Below, piece by piece: positions 25,240 through 38,829 of a stretch of DNA of 64,000 nucleotides. Source of the stretch: Octopus sinensis (taxonomy: Eukaryota). Position 1 is the first letter of the stretch. Each line of letters starts with the position of its first letter. Location: contig NC_043006.1 in assembly GCF_006345805.1 (NCBI RefSeq), positions 56,482,001 through 56,546,000 on the forward strand, written 5' to 3'. The notes under the pieces are model-generated. The model was not told the origin of the DNA. It worked only from the letters and a program-made list of their open reading frames with translations, and ran no database searches. The translations under genes and the position numbers were made by a program.

Positions 25240-26050
25240 TTGATTTCAAATTTTGGCACAAGATAAGCAATTTCGTGAGAGGGAATAAGTTGGTTACATC
25301 GACCTCAGTATTCAACTGGAACCTATTTTATCGATAGCGAAAGAATAAAAGTCGACCTCGGAAGAATTTGAACTCCGAAGGATGAAATGTCGCATAGTAT
25401 TTCACCTAACTATTCTTTTCTACTAAAGGCACAAGGCCTGAAATTTTGGGGAGGGATGGGTCGATTACATCGACCCCAGCGCATAACTGGTACTTAATTT
25501 ATCAGCTAAGAAAGGATGAAAAGTAAAGTCGACCCCGTCGGTATTTGAACTCAGACCTATTTCTTTACTACCCTCAAGGGGCTAAACACAGAGAGGACAA
25601 ACAAGGACAGACAAACGGATTAAGTCGATTATATCGACCCCAGTGCGTAACTGGTACTTAATTTATCGACCCCGAAAGGATGAAAGGCAAAGTCGACATC
25701 GGCAGGATTTGAACTCAGAACGTAGCGGCAGACGAAATACTGCTAAGCATTTCGCCCGGCGTGCTAACGTTTCTGCCAGCTCGCCGCCTGACACAATGTA
25801 AATATTGGTTTCAAATTTGGCACAAGGCCAACAGGTTTGATCAAGGGGCTAAGTCGATTATATTGATCCCAGTGTTCAACTGGTACATATTTTATCGATC
25901 TCAAAAGGATGAAAGATCGCTGAACATTTTGCCCGGCATGTACTTTATTTTATCGCCCCTAAGAGAAGTAAAACACAGAACTGAACTTAAAGGATTTAAG
26001 TTTTGAATATAGTGAAACAGAACAAATACCCGCGCTCTAACGACTTCGCC
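25240..26050 (-). mobile_element. Head-to-tail cluster of 4-5 S4 SINE copies/fragments
   Basis: Repeated ATCGACCCC / AAAGTCGAC / ATTTGAACTC modules. Most complete copy about 25560-25790. Confidence 0.85.
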
Positions 26051-26399
26051 AATACCATCCGGCAAATGCTAAATAGCCACAACGAAACTGGTATGTTTAA
26101 AACGTCAACAATATATCAATATCTAAACATTAGCGGATATAATATTGATTCCTGATCTCTGCACAAAGCCAGTTTCAACGGAAATGATTTATGATCGATT
26201 GAGTTAACTTCAGCACACAGCTAATTAATATTTTGTCTATCCATCAAATTTGAACAATAAAAATCCATGCCGTTATTATTTGAATTCAGAATGCAACGAG
26301 TTAAAACTTAATTCTTCTCTGCATATTTTTCTTCGATGCACTTCTGTCTGTATCAAAAGGAACGTTCCCAGAGAATGATACATTTGTATATATATATAT

Positions 26400-26803
26400 A
26401 TTACTCTTTACTTGTTTCAGTCATTTGACTGTGACCATGCTGGAGCACCGCCTTTAATCGAGCAACTCGACCCCGGGACTTATTCTTTTGTAAGCCCAGT
26501 ACTTATTCTATCAGTCTCTTTTGCCGAACCGCTAAGTAACGGGGACATAAACACACCAGCATCGGTTGTCAAGCAATGCTAGGGAGACAAACACAGACAC
26601 ACAAACACACACACGCATATATATATATATACATATATACGACGGGCTTCTTCCAGTTTCCATCTACCAAATCCACTCACAAGGCTTTGGTCGGCTCGAG
26701 GCTATAGTAGAAGACACATGCCCAAGGTGCCACGCAGTGGGACTGAACCCGGAACCATGTGGTTGGTAAGCAAGCTACTTACCACACAGCCACTCATGCG
26801 CCT
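26400..26803 (-). mobile_element. SINE S1, full length, young
   Basis: Near-identical reverse complement of 62612-63033. Confidence 0.93.
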
Positions 26804-27026
26804 ATATATATATATATGCTGAAAGAATGAGAGAGAGAAAGAAAGAGAGAGAGGGGGAGAAAAGAGAGGGAGTGAAAGAAAGAGAGAGGGAGAAACTAGA
26901 ATTTTTTAGAACTTCGAATTATTTAAACGAGAAAACATTTTTTTAATGTAAATTCAGATTTTTAATCCAGCTAGATATTATGAAGAAAGGATTATTTCCC
27001 CAGTAATAACTGCAACCACTACGATA

Positions 27027-27104
<78 letters not shown>

Positions 27105-27779
27105 CTTTAAATGTAGAGTAGATAGGACAGTTAATGGAAGGCCAAAGTTAAATATTGAAAAGCAGCCACGCTCTACAGTTTATGCCAACGTAGTGGCATG
27201 AATAAATATTACAATATTGAAGTTCTCTCTAAACAGATTTGGAATATCAAAGTCGTTGAAATTAAAATTACTTTATGCAATTAGATTCATTATCAATTAA
27301 ATTTTAATCTGTCAGATGTTGATCGTTCTTAGTCAAGATTCAATAAATACTTAATCAATTTCCAGTCAAATTGAAAATATGTTTCCAATCGATTGTTAAT
27401 GGCTTTTTTCTCCCATAAGGATTCTATTATTGCATGAAGTAAATCAAAAAGCTTCGAACAAGAAGATCAACATTGTTGTTGTGTAGCTGTTTCTTCTTCT
27501 TCCAATCAGGACTCACGCCATTAGCCACAAAGAATAATCTCGAACTCAAGCCTACTCTAAGCTACTAAGAATGCGTGTGGCAACTTGAAGATCCACCCAC
27601 CACACGTGATAGACTGGCGGTTGCACGGGCGCGAAAGCTACGTTGTTATCCTCATTCCGTAAACGGTGGCTTTTAACGGGTAGGGAGCTGGACCATCCTG
27701 GGGTACAGAGGGTTCGCAATCTAGACTAGGGTCTGAAAGTTTACCACACCATAGTGGGTTACACCATGGTTCCTCTGCG

Positions 27780-27980
27780 TTGTAGCAGAAGTAGGAAGAA
27801 AGAGTGAGAGAAAGTTGTGGTGAAAGAGTACAGCGGAGTTCACTCCCAACCCCGCCGAAGCCTCATGGAGCTTAGCTGTTTTTGCTCAATAAACACTCAC
27901 AATGCCGAGTCTGGGAATCGAAACGCGTTCTTACGACCGCGAGTCTGCTGCCCTAGCCACTGGGCCATTGTGCCTCCACT
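27780..27980 (-). mobile_element. tRNA-derived SINE, family S5
   Basis: Reverse complement TGGCCCAGTGG (A box), TTTCGATTCCC (B box); adjoining 27560-27780 may be further element sequence. Confidence 0.75.
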
Positions 27981-29493
27981 GTGTCGACATCGTTGTCATT
28001 GTTATTGTTTTAGTTGTTTAGGTACAAGTCAGCTCTTACAAAACAAATCAATTTATAGCTGAGGTTGCAGAGTGACCATCAGTATTAGAAACTTTGTGAT
28101 GGTTTTCAATAGTTAACCGACAAACTCGATATATTCTTTTTTTAAAGTTTTGATCCTACTTTATGTGTTGTGTGTTCAAACTTTCTCATAGTCAACATTG
28201 ATTTTCTTATGGTAAGATTCATAAAAGTATCATTGAAACACTGTTTGTATATATTCTTTAAATTATTTGGTTTCAAATTTTAGCACAAGATCAGTCATTT
28301 TACAGTGAATGGATTTAGTCAATTACATCAACCGCTGTGCTCAACTGCTATTTATTTTATCGACACTGAAACCATAAGAGGTAATTTTGATTCTCCATCC
28401 CGAAAATAGCTGGCTTATATGTCTCGTGGTCATCTGCAATAGCAGACAGCCAAAATGCTCTTTTGTTTATTACAACATTCATAATCAAATTGTAGTCTGT
28501 GTCTGGATAACTAACTCTGGCCGTTAGCGTAGTTCAGCTTAGAATGCTAAAGAAAAAATTAGCTGCCAGAAGATATTCCGTCCGATGCTCTAACAATCAC
28601 TAGATTTGTTGTTTATTTATCGATTCTGATAGCATGTTACGCAAAATTAAACTCAGCAGGATTTGAACTCAGAGTTCAGCAATATAAATACAATGTAATT
28701 TATCCAGCTTTATAACAGCCATACTGATATACTGCTTTTTTTAAATTAGTCAAGTGGAATGCATATTGTTGCGATGTTGAAAAGCAGTACACTGGCTTGG
28801 AGCTAAGACCAAAGTGGAAACTCGACCCTCACTAAAGACATTCTATTTCACTTGTAACACTACAGAGGAAGTGCATTAACTTCACTACGGGCAACCGACT
28901 CCTATAAAATCAAATAGTTTAATGACTTCTCAAAAGACTTTAGTAATATATGAGGAAGAAATGTTATTTACAAGTACTGAAATGTTGACGCTAAAAAGAT
29001 GACAAATCAGTACTCGGTGGTGACATTGAAGACATAATCGGCGAACTTTTAAGTAGTAAAGTGAACATGTCTGATACTGAATCATAACATTTCTGACATT
29101 AAGATATCTACGACATTAAGGTGTGTACGTATAGTAAGAAAAATCATGAATATCACACATTGATATAGTTTTTAATGATAGAAATATACATACATACAGC
29201 ACAAAATCATAATTGTAGCACAATACAAACAATAGTTAAAACATTAAAACTTTATCATAAAATACAGATTAACTAAGTTTGATTTAGTAAGAACATTTTC
29301 CACTTTAGTGATTAAACTACGCTGACATTTTGAGAGAAAATATAATGTTAGTTACAATTTTATCCATTAAAAACTTTAGCCATTGTCGACATTAAAATAT
29401 TTGCCATTGTAGACTTTTAAAAACAATTGACATTGCAGGAATTAAATCTATATGCATTGTTAGATTCTTTTTTATATTGCTATTATTTTGTAA

Positions 29494-30250
29494 CTAGCGG
29501 GACCCATGAATATTTGACGGAATTAATAGTAAACCTATGGGGTTATTCTTGAAAACTTTATCCAAGAAACCTGAAAGTGTAGCCTGTGTTGTGTCTATCA
29601 AAAGAGAGTCGCTCATCTACTATGCATTGAAAAGTAAAGGAAATTGGAAAACGATAATTACTTAATACACTTTATATATATACTTTATATATATACTTTA
29701 TATACTCTATGCACAATCTAAAGACCTAACACACAGCACTCATAAAATGGGTATTCACTTTATTTTTCCATTTATCCCATAAACAAAAAAAATTATATTT
29801 TAAAATTTACATGGTCACAATTTCATATATGGAAAACAAGAATTTTATAGTAAAAGAAAATATTTTATATGTAAAATATAGGGGTCACAATTTCACAGGG
29901 ATAAACATTTAATGCAATATGGTATACTCTGAAAACCACATCGTTGGTAACTTATAAACCAAGGCGATGGGTCAGAGATAATGCACATTTCAGTTTGCGT
30001 ACACCTTTCAATCCAATACTTCTTTGCAAACTATGTTCTTCGTGTAAGTTCTCCCTCTTCCTTTCCCTTGTTTGTCAGTATTGATAACTTTAACTTTCAC
30101 ATCAGATAATTTGCGATCCCTTGAGAAGGCAACATACAGCTTACCACGGCCGACTACAGGTTCAGGCAAGAACAGGCAAGAACAGCGCCACTTTAGACAA
30201 GAACAGGAAAAGAACAGCGCCAAACATCGATGTTTGCGCTTGGAATTTAT
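29494..30250 (-). mobile_element. Helitron 3' end with Pif1 helicase C-terminal remnant
   Basis: LFLPEPVVGRGKLYVAFSR...VKV...TYTKNIVCKEVLD* (30008-30190), matching the Helitron Pif1 GQLYVAFSRV / TKNIVYKEVL motifs; 3' terminus GGGTCCCGCTAG|T at 29494. Confidence 0.88.
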
Positions 30251-31204
30251 TGATAGTCATTGCATATGACAGACAAACGGGAAACTAGTTTCTTTCTAAA
30301 GTGAATGGCAAGTTTGGGATGCGCATGCGTTAAGTGGTAGCTGATACAAAAAAAAACTTGATTCAATTTTTTTTAAATTACTTCCACTATGCACTCACCG
30401 TCGCTCCCTCCACTACCACCACTACCATCATCATTTCCCCCACCTCTCTCTCTCTCTCTACCTTTCTTTAATCTCATCATCAGAACATCACCCCTCTGCT
30501 AAAATTATATTCCTAATTCTCCACTATATCACTACCTTCAACTAAGTTTTTTAACCACGTAATAAATATTACTTTCCCCCAACACATGTAATGGACGCTT
30601 CTCTTCCCGTCTTTTCTCTCTCTTTCTGCTTCACTCTTCGCCTTATCCTCTTTTCTCTATCCCTCTTTTCTTTCTTCTTCTTTTTCTCTAATCATGTGAA
30701 AGCGTTACCGACGGGCTAAGTAACGTAATGACATGCAGAATTATTATAAGATAGTAACGTATAACATAAATTATCAAAATCTTTCGTCATATACTCACAT
30801 TTTACTTCCCTACATTTGTTACAAATCAATTATTAGGCAATTCTAATAAACTGTACTGTGTCTGTATTGAAATTACATTTTTTTAATTTACATCACTGCT
30901 TATGAATACTGATAATCAAATGACTATGTAAACATGACGAAAGAATTTGATACCTAATAATTTTTCACCCATTTTAGCAAAATGGCGAGCAATTCTGAGG
31001 GAAACTGCATTTAGATTTCAATTGGTACTTGTAACAAGTTGAATACTGAATTATGCTACATTTCGTATCGAGACATCAGATGTAGACAGACAATGTGATC
31101 GAACACAAAAGCGGGTAATGAGTGTATATGCCATATACACTCATTATATGGCATATACACTCAGTAGTGACATTAAATTCTCTAGAATATCTGTAGAAAT
31201 AACC

Positions 31205-31281
31205 TTAACATATGTATATATGTATATATATATACATACATACATACACACACATATATATATGTATATATATGCATGTAA

Positions 31282-31353
<72 letters not shown>

Positions 31354-31381
31354 GTACGGATAGATAGGTATATATATATAT

Positions 31382-31467
<86 letters not shown>
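31205..31467. repeat. (TA)/(GATA) compound microsatellite
   Basis: Directly visible. Confidence 0.98.
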
Positions 31468-32029
31468 GCAGGGTGTTGTGTGTGTGTAATTGTGAGTATT
31501 CAATCGCCCCTCGACTTTTCTGTATGAGAGTGGGGTTTTCTGGATTTTCAAGACGTTGAGGCTAAGAGTATGAGAATTCCTATTCTTAAACGTGTAGCTA
31601 ATTCGTTTCAGGGTAAACTTCCACGTGCTCTTTGTACTCATTTTCAGCAGACAGTACTATGAAAGCGTCTCTCGGAACAACATTCTCAAGGACACAACAT
31701 GCCGCCCGGTCCGCAAGTAGAAACTACAACCTGCCTATCGAGTTTCCAGCAAGGTCACGCATCTACAAACACACACACACATTTGTATGTTAATGTATGT
31801 GTGCGTGTATACATGTGTGCGTATGTGTGTGTATGTTTGTATGCGATGCGCCTCTGTGTGTATATATATACATATATATCTTTTTTGTTTTTTACGACCC
31901 CTTTTGATCGAAAACCTACGCCCCTTTTTTCTCCCCCAAAAGCAAAGCTCTACTTTGTAATTTGTTCCCTCTGTGTTCAGCCCTGTGTGGCTAATAAAGA
32001 AACATATCTATCTGTCTATCTATCTATAT

Positions 32030-32610
<581 letters not shown>

Positions 32611-32653
32611 TATATATATATATATACATATATATATGTGTATATATGTATGT

Positions 32654-32685
<32 letters not shown>

Positions 32686-32725
32686 CCATATATCCATATA
32701 TGTATATATGTATATGTGTTTTTAT

Positions 32726-32762
<37 letters not shown>

Positions 32763-33145
32763 GAGATAGACAAACATATAGAAGGATATAAATATAGATA
32801 GATATACATATATCTATATATGCACACAGAGCCGCAACGCATATATATATATATATGCTTGTACGTATCTATGTTTTTATTTTATATTTTAATGATGAAA
32901 TCAATTAATTGAAGGAATATCTTTTCTATAAGAATTGAAATGAGCCAAGAATAATTACTTTGTCTTAAGCTTCAGGTTAATAAGTGTTCAGAAGTAGCGT
33001 AAGATGCATACTTCCTCGCCACTGAAATCCTACTTGACTTCTCCTCAATAAAACTGAAATGAAACTTTTTAAACGCGTCATTACTTCAATTTTGTAATCA
33101 TAAAGATTGTTGTGTAGGAGTCTCTCGTTATGAACAGCAGCAGCT

Positions 33146-33146
33146 A

Positions 33147-33187
<41 letters not shown>

Positions 33188-33215
33188 ATGGTGGTGGTGC
33201 TGGTGCTGGTTGGCA
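33146..33215. repeat. (TAG)n/(TGG)n trinucleotide repeat
   Basis: Directly visible. Confidence 0.95.
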
Positions 33216-33434
33216 CCAATTGACACGACAGTAAGAATGGCTCTGCCGGACAGCAATATTTTTTAAATTACAAAGAAATAATGGTGAATAAAAACAACAG
33301 CAAAATAACCGAGTGAATATTCGTACTTATCTACCTATGTATTTTAAATTACATCACACACATGTACATACATACATATACACACACGTGTGTGTATAAC
33401 GTATGTATATACATACACACACACATATATATAA

Positions 33435-33465
<31 letters not shown>

Positions 33466-33529
33466 CGCGTGTGTGTGTGTGTGTGTAGATATATATACGG
33501 ATGTGTATGATTGTGTATAGAAGACTATA

Positions 33530-34580
33530 TTAATAAAAGGAATTCCAACCTTGTCTGATTTTCACGTTTTATTTACAATCTTTTAATGATATAATATAAT
33601 ATAATAAAATAAAATAAAATAATAGAATGTTAAATGTTCATTCTGATTGAACTAGTACTTTCATGCAATCTTCTGCAATCTTCAGGTTCATGTAGTAGTG
33701 GTGACAGTCATGCTTCACAATTTTTGACTGTAGCGAGATGATTGAATCTGTGCCTTAAATGCAGCTGTGTAGATTCCAGATTGCTAGGTTTTGCAAACTG
33801 TATTCTGACCAATCAGTGTGTAGTATCACTCAATTACTTAAGCTGATTGGTTGGTTGAAATGGTTGGTTTAGGCGTCACGCTTTGTTGGACATGTCAAGA
33901 GTCCTGTATCTTAACCCTGGCCAAGGCAGCAATTGTTGGGTTATTTTTAGAAATGTTGTAAATAGCCTTTGTCAGAGATTTTTATATTTTTATTTTCAAT
34001 TGTCATCATCATCATTGTCAGCACCTTAATTATTGTTGCTAGTGGTGATGGTGGTGGCAATAGAACTTTTAGCCCTAAATAAGATAATTTTCCTGCTATC
34101 TAAGTATTATTATTATTGCTTATTTAGCTTGGGTTCGAATTTATCAATAAAATTATTTTCTCTGATTTTCCTCTCGATTTCACTTGGGCTGTGTAATTTG
34201 TAGAATGGAAATATATATATTTTCCGACCACATGTTGCTAGGTGGTTTCTCAAAGGTATCTGACGGACCTCTGGGTCTCTAATCTGTTGTCGGTGTACAC
34301 GTGAGCGTTCTGATAGTGCATTTCCCGTCTGACCTACATATTTTTCTTCACAATTTAGGCATTTGATGCAGTAAATTAAATTTCTGCTTTTGCAGTTCAT
34401 ATTCGCGTTTGTGAATATTTTCCCGGTTTTTGTGTTTATATATTGGCCGGTATGTATGAATTGGCATGTGCCACAACGGCTCTCATTGCATTTAGATACA
34501 GTGAATGTTTGGTCTTTGTTGCTAAGGTCAAATTTTGCCTTTGTTAGTAATTTTTTCAAGTTTTTAGGGTGTCTTTTATA
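33530..34580 (-). mobile_element. Penelope-like element 3' part: GIY-YIG endonuclease ORF (34113-34580), 3' UTR and HHR-bearing pLTR
   Basis: KCNESRCGTC...NLIYCIKCLNCEEKYVGQTGNALSERSRVH...ENNFIDKF..LN; open frame to the stop at 34113. Confidence 0.9.
33648..33690 (-). ncRNA. Minimal type I hammerhead ribozyme, intact core
   Basis: UGAAC-CUGAAGA-U UGCAG AAGA UUGCA U-GAAA-G UA C-U-A-GUUCA; perfect 5-bp helix I, palindromic helix III AGUACU; predicted cut 33653/33652. Confidence 0.78.
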
Positions 34581-34621
34581 TATATATGTATATATACATA
34601 TGTTATATGTATATAACATAT

Positions 34622-36061
34622 GCGACAGGTGTTATACCTGCAGACTGGAGAACAGCGATAATCTGCCCAATTTTCAAGAAAGGGAGCCGCGAAGACCCGC
34701 TTAACTACCGACCGGTTTCCCTTACATCAATAATCAGCAAGATGTTCGAAACCATCCTTAAGAAAAGTATGATGCTCTACCTCCTAAACACAGCCTCTAT
34801 CTCTGATTCCCAACACGGCTTCGTGCCGAAGAGATCATGCTTGACCAACTTACTAGTAATGGAAGAATTGCTGACGCGCATCCTCGATGATAGTGATGCT
34901 GTTGACATCGTTTTACTGGACTTTGCCAAAGCTTTTGACTCGGTAAACCACCGCCTATTACTTGTCAAGCTTCAAGCATATAGTTTCCATCCGGATATTG
35001 TACGATGGGTTGGTGCCTTCCTCTCAGATCGCTCCTTCCAAGTCCAAGTTAATGGTTCGCGGTCCGACGTCTCCAGTGCGAGCAGTGGCGTGCCTCAAGG
35101 TTAAGTGCTTGGGCCCTTGTTGTTCTTAGTCTTCATAAATGACTTGCCCGACGACCTCACGCAACACACCCTTCTATTTGCCGACGATATCAAACTGGTC
35201 GCTCCTCGCGGTAATATAGAGGATCTTCGTCGATGCCTCCACCAAATTTGGAAGTGGTCTAACGATTGGGACCTGTGTCTGAACGTGTCAAAGTGCTGTC
35301 ATCTGCCTGTCGGCTCTACTCCTGCAACTCAACTTGATTTCGAGCCGGGTCGTCTGCTGCTGGAGAGGACCGATCAGGTAAAGGACCTAGGTATCTTGGT
35401 GGATTCCTCCTTTTCGCCTTCGGCCCAGTGCGTCCATGCTGCCAACAAAGCACGCGGAATTCTGTTCTTGATTCGACGGTCATTCGGAATGCTCACAGCA
35501 GCCATATTCCTACCACTCTATATCACGCTGGTGAGACCCATATTGGAGTATGGGATTCAAGCCTCTTCTCCTTATCTCCTCAAAGACATACAGCATCTCG
35601 AAAGAGTCCAGAAGCTGGCTACCCGCATGGTTCATGTTCTCAAAAATGTGTCGTACGAAGAAAGGCTGAGGACGCTCGACCTTTATTCTCTTGAAAAGCG
35701 CCGCCGCCGTGGTGATCTCATTCTCGCCCACAACATCATAAGCGGAAAGTGTAACCTCTCGAAAGAGCTGTTCTTCACTCCTGCTCCAGAGCGTCGGCTG
35801 CGGGGTCATTCCGAAAAGCTCTACCTGCGACGATTTCATCTCAATCGAAGGAGAGGAGCTTTCTCCGTCCGGGTTGCGGATCCGTGGAACAAGCTGCCAG
35901 ACGAGATGGTGAAGATGCCGACGACCGCTTTGTTCAAAGCCTCCTTGGACCTCAAGTGGCCTGAACTCTTTACATGAACACCACCCTGTACTTAACTCCA
36001 TGTCCCCCTACATGGCCTTGCTATTTGCTTTTGAGCCAAATTAACTAACTAACTAACTAAC
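34622..36061 (+). mobile_element. CR1-clade LINE, 5'-truncated, complete RT domain with one nonsense codon; (TAAC)n tail
   Basis: NYRPVSLTS, QHGFVPKRSC, LDFAKAFD, GVPQG*VLGPLLF (TAA at 35102-35104), LFADD; ORF ends at 35977; tail 36042-36061. Confidence 0.96.
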
Positions 36062-36367
36062 ATATACATATATGTATGTGTGTTTATATGTTTGTATGTA
36101 TGTATATATTTCGTTTTTGTATATGGTTTACAAGATTCTTTATGTGACTTCGTGTGTTGAAGCATATTTTATCGTGTTTGGGTAGAGTCATCCTCTTTTA
36201 ATATCTTATTAATTAAGACATCAACCGGTTCGATTTCCATTAATTTACTTATTTATTTTTTATAAAATTTTCTTTGCTTCTTGCAACCTCTTCAATAGTC
36301 ATTGACTCGTATACACAGTACATACACATGAGTGCATTTATATGTATATGTGCATACATACAAGCAT

Positions 36368-36426
<59 letters not shown>

Positions 36427-36462
36427 TTATATAATAATACATATATGTTTATATATATATGC

Positions 36463-36511
<49 letters not shown>

Positions 36512-37805
36512 TTAATCAAAGGACATACTAAGTATGTCTACCTGCTGGAAATAACAGTCAAAACTCTTATTTAATCGCCAAAATACACTGATAATAACTA
36601 CAGAAACCAACAATCCAAAGGCAAACGGGCTAAGACTTTCAGGCCGGATTCTAAAAGTGCCAGGAATGCTGAGACCAGTATATTGCTGCTCAAGGTCACT
36701 ATTTCGAAGATGTTGTTAAAGCTTGGGTAAATAGGTTATTTTTTTAAAAAACATAACTAATCCGGGAACGGGCCCAACCCTTGCATCCATTTTGTCCAGT
36801 CAGGCATGCTTCACATTCTATCACCCAGCCCCCACCCCGAACACCCATCACTCCATCTTTCTTCTATCTGTGGTACTACTCGACCACTGGAATCATATGA
36901 GAATAGAATCCCCTATTTTTTGCGCTACTATTTACTTTCTCCCTCATCCCTCAATTTCATTACCATTGTTTCCCTAATTTCACCTACCACTTTCTTTCTA
37001 TGCGTATAGTAATATCTCCCTCTCCAATGCTATACCGCACCCGTAGCACCGCTCATATCTGTTATCATTACCAACGCCTTCCCGTACACTTTCTCACACC
37101 CCTTTTATTATAGCCACCCTTATGTTCCTCTACATCTCCCTCCCCATCATCCTCCTGTTATCAGATCAATACTCCTTCCTGAGCCTCTTCTATCGCTCTC
37201 GTCTTAACCCTTCCATAATAGTATTTTTCGTACCACCACACTTGTTAATTACAATACCGGTTCCTCATTATTACGGTTTACTATTGAAGGAAAGTGTCAT
37301 TTAGGGAAGATTTTGTTGTTATTTCAAGTTAGTCAAATGAACACGTAGAGGCTTACGTCTCATCTCTTTTGTTTTCCTTTTCAATGCTGTTGCAATAACA
37401 TTCTAGTGTTAGTTGTTTGCGTTGTTGATGTTGTTAGCGGCTTCTGTTATTTTATAGAAAGGACAATAATTAGTAGAATCGCCGTGGCATCTACTGTAAA
37501 GCAATAATAAATAGATAAATGAATAAATAAGCATTACCAAGTCTTAAAGCCACTGACTTAACGCATTAATTAGTATACATTGTGAAAACTTCAATAAACG
37601 TTTGTACCATCAAAGATATATATTTTTGATGTCTTCCATTTGTTTTGTTTTTGTATTTTTTATGATCTCCATGGGGAAAAATGAAGTAAAATTATATAGA
37701 TATCAAATTATCAATTCTGCTTTGAATCTATTGTAATTAATTAAAAATAGAAAATTTCAAGATAAAAGAATTTCAGTCTTTTATCAGCCCTAACTTTGCC
37801 TTTGC

Positions 37806-37925
37806 GAAGGCACGTGGCCTAGTGGTTATGGTGCTGCACTCATGATAGCCAGATCGTTGGTTCAAAGCCCGGACAGGGCGGCATATTGTATTCTTGAACA
37901 AAACACTTCTTTTTACATTGCTCTA
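37806..37925 (+). mobile_element. tRNA-like SINE head fragment
   Basis: TGGCCTAGTGG A box, GGTTCAAAGCCC B box, CORE-like TTGTATTCTTGAACAAAACACTT. Confidence 0.7.
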
Positions 37926-38559
37926 GTGCTGTGCGAGGACCGGTATGCAAAAGAATAGACCTAAGGTATCCTCTGCGTATTGTAAAAGGCGATTAAAAGT
38001 GGTTGAAGTAGGATTTACACTCCGACCTTGTGAAACCCTCATCTGCAACGAGTACCCGAAGCAAACCCATGTGTTAGAGCGTTGTCACCTGAATGGCACA
38101 AAGGCCCATCCACCAGGAGTTGTAGGGTATCACTCCAAAAAATGGTAGATGCAGCGACGTGTTGTTACAGCGCATATTACATCATGCTTCTCCTCTTCCT
38201 CCTCCTCCTCCTCCTCCTCTTCTTCTTCTTAACATTGCATCTTGATAGAGACACAACTAAAATACAGTTACGATATTTTTTACGAGAAGCTAAGTGATCA
38301 GTTAGAAAACAGCGAGTGCATTTAGAAAACATTATAAATCTGAGTGTAAGATTATATTGATATGAAACACGGCGAGGCATCTTTTTGCAGTTAGAAAACA
38401 GCTAAAACTAAAATAATGCGATTATAAAATATCTCGTGTATGACTACAAAAATATCTTGTGAAGAAGGAAGAGAAATTAATGTAAACAACTCCCAATTAT
38501 GATCAAAATAAATGAATTCTCCGCCTTTAAGGAATGCTACGAAAGACGACGATGCATAA

Positions 38560-38665
38560 ATAAAACAAAAATTAACTGCAGAATATGTTGAGGTTATGAA
38601 GAAACAATCAATCACATTTTTTTCTGACAGCCCAGTTTTAGCCAAAACGGATATAGTGGAGAAGG
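38560..38665 (+). pseudogene. R4/Dong LINE zinc-knuckle remnant
   Basis: NCRIC*GYEETINHIFSDSPVLAK, homologous to NCRICGDGQETINHIISSCPVLAK at 50160-50235. Confidence 0.8.
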
Positions 38666-38829
38666 AAAGACTTTGATATTTGATAGATTGTGGACTACTT
38701 TTACGTTGTGCACAGAAAAGAGGTGAGAGTAGAAACTCACTAAAATATCATTAAAAAAAATAAGTTTCGGTAAATGACAAAGCGGACAAAGTGGCAACCA
38801 ATTATAATTTCTCACATAGTTACAAGGTC

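Noticed and set aside
33805-33850. Inverted CCAAT pair suggesting a promoter
   Set aside because: Falls within the Penelope 3' region; no independent support as a host regulatory site.
36220-36305. HHR-like UUGAAGA...CGAACCGGUU on the minus strand
   Set aside because: GAAA is incomplete, helix I does not pair convincingly and helix II is undefined; at best a heavily decayed relic.
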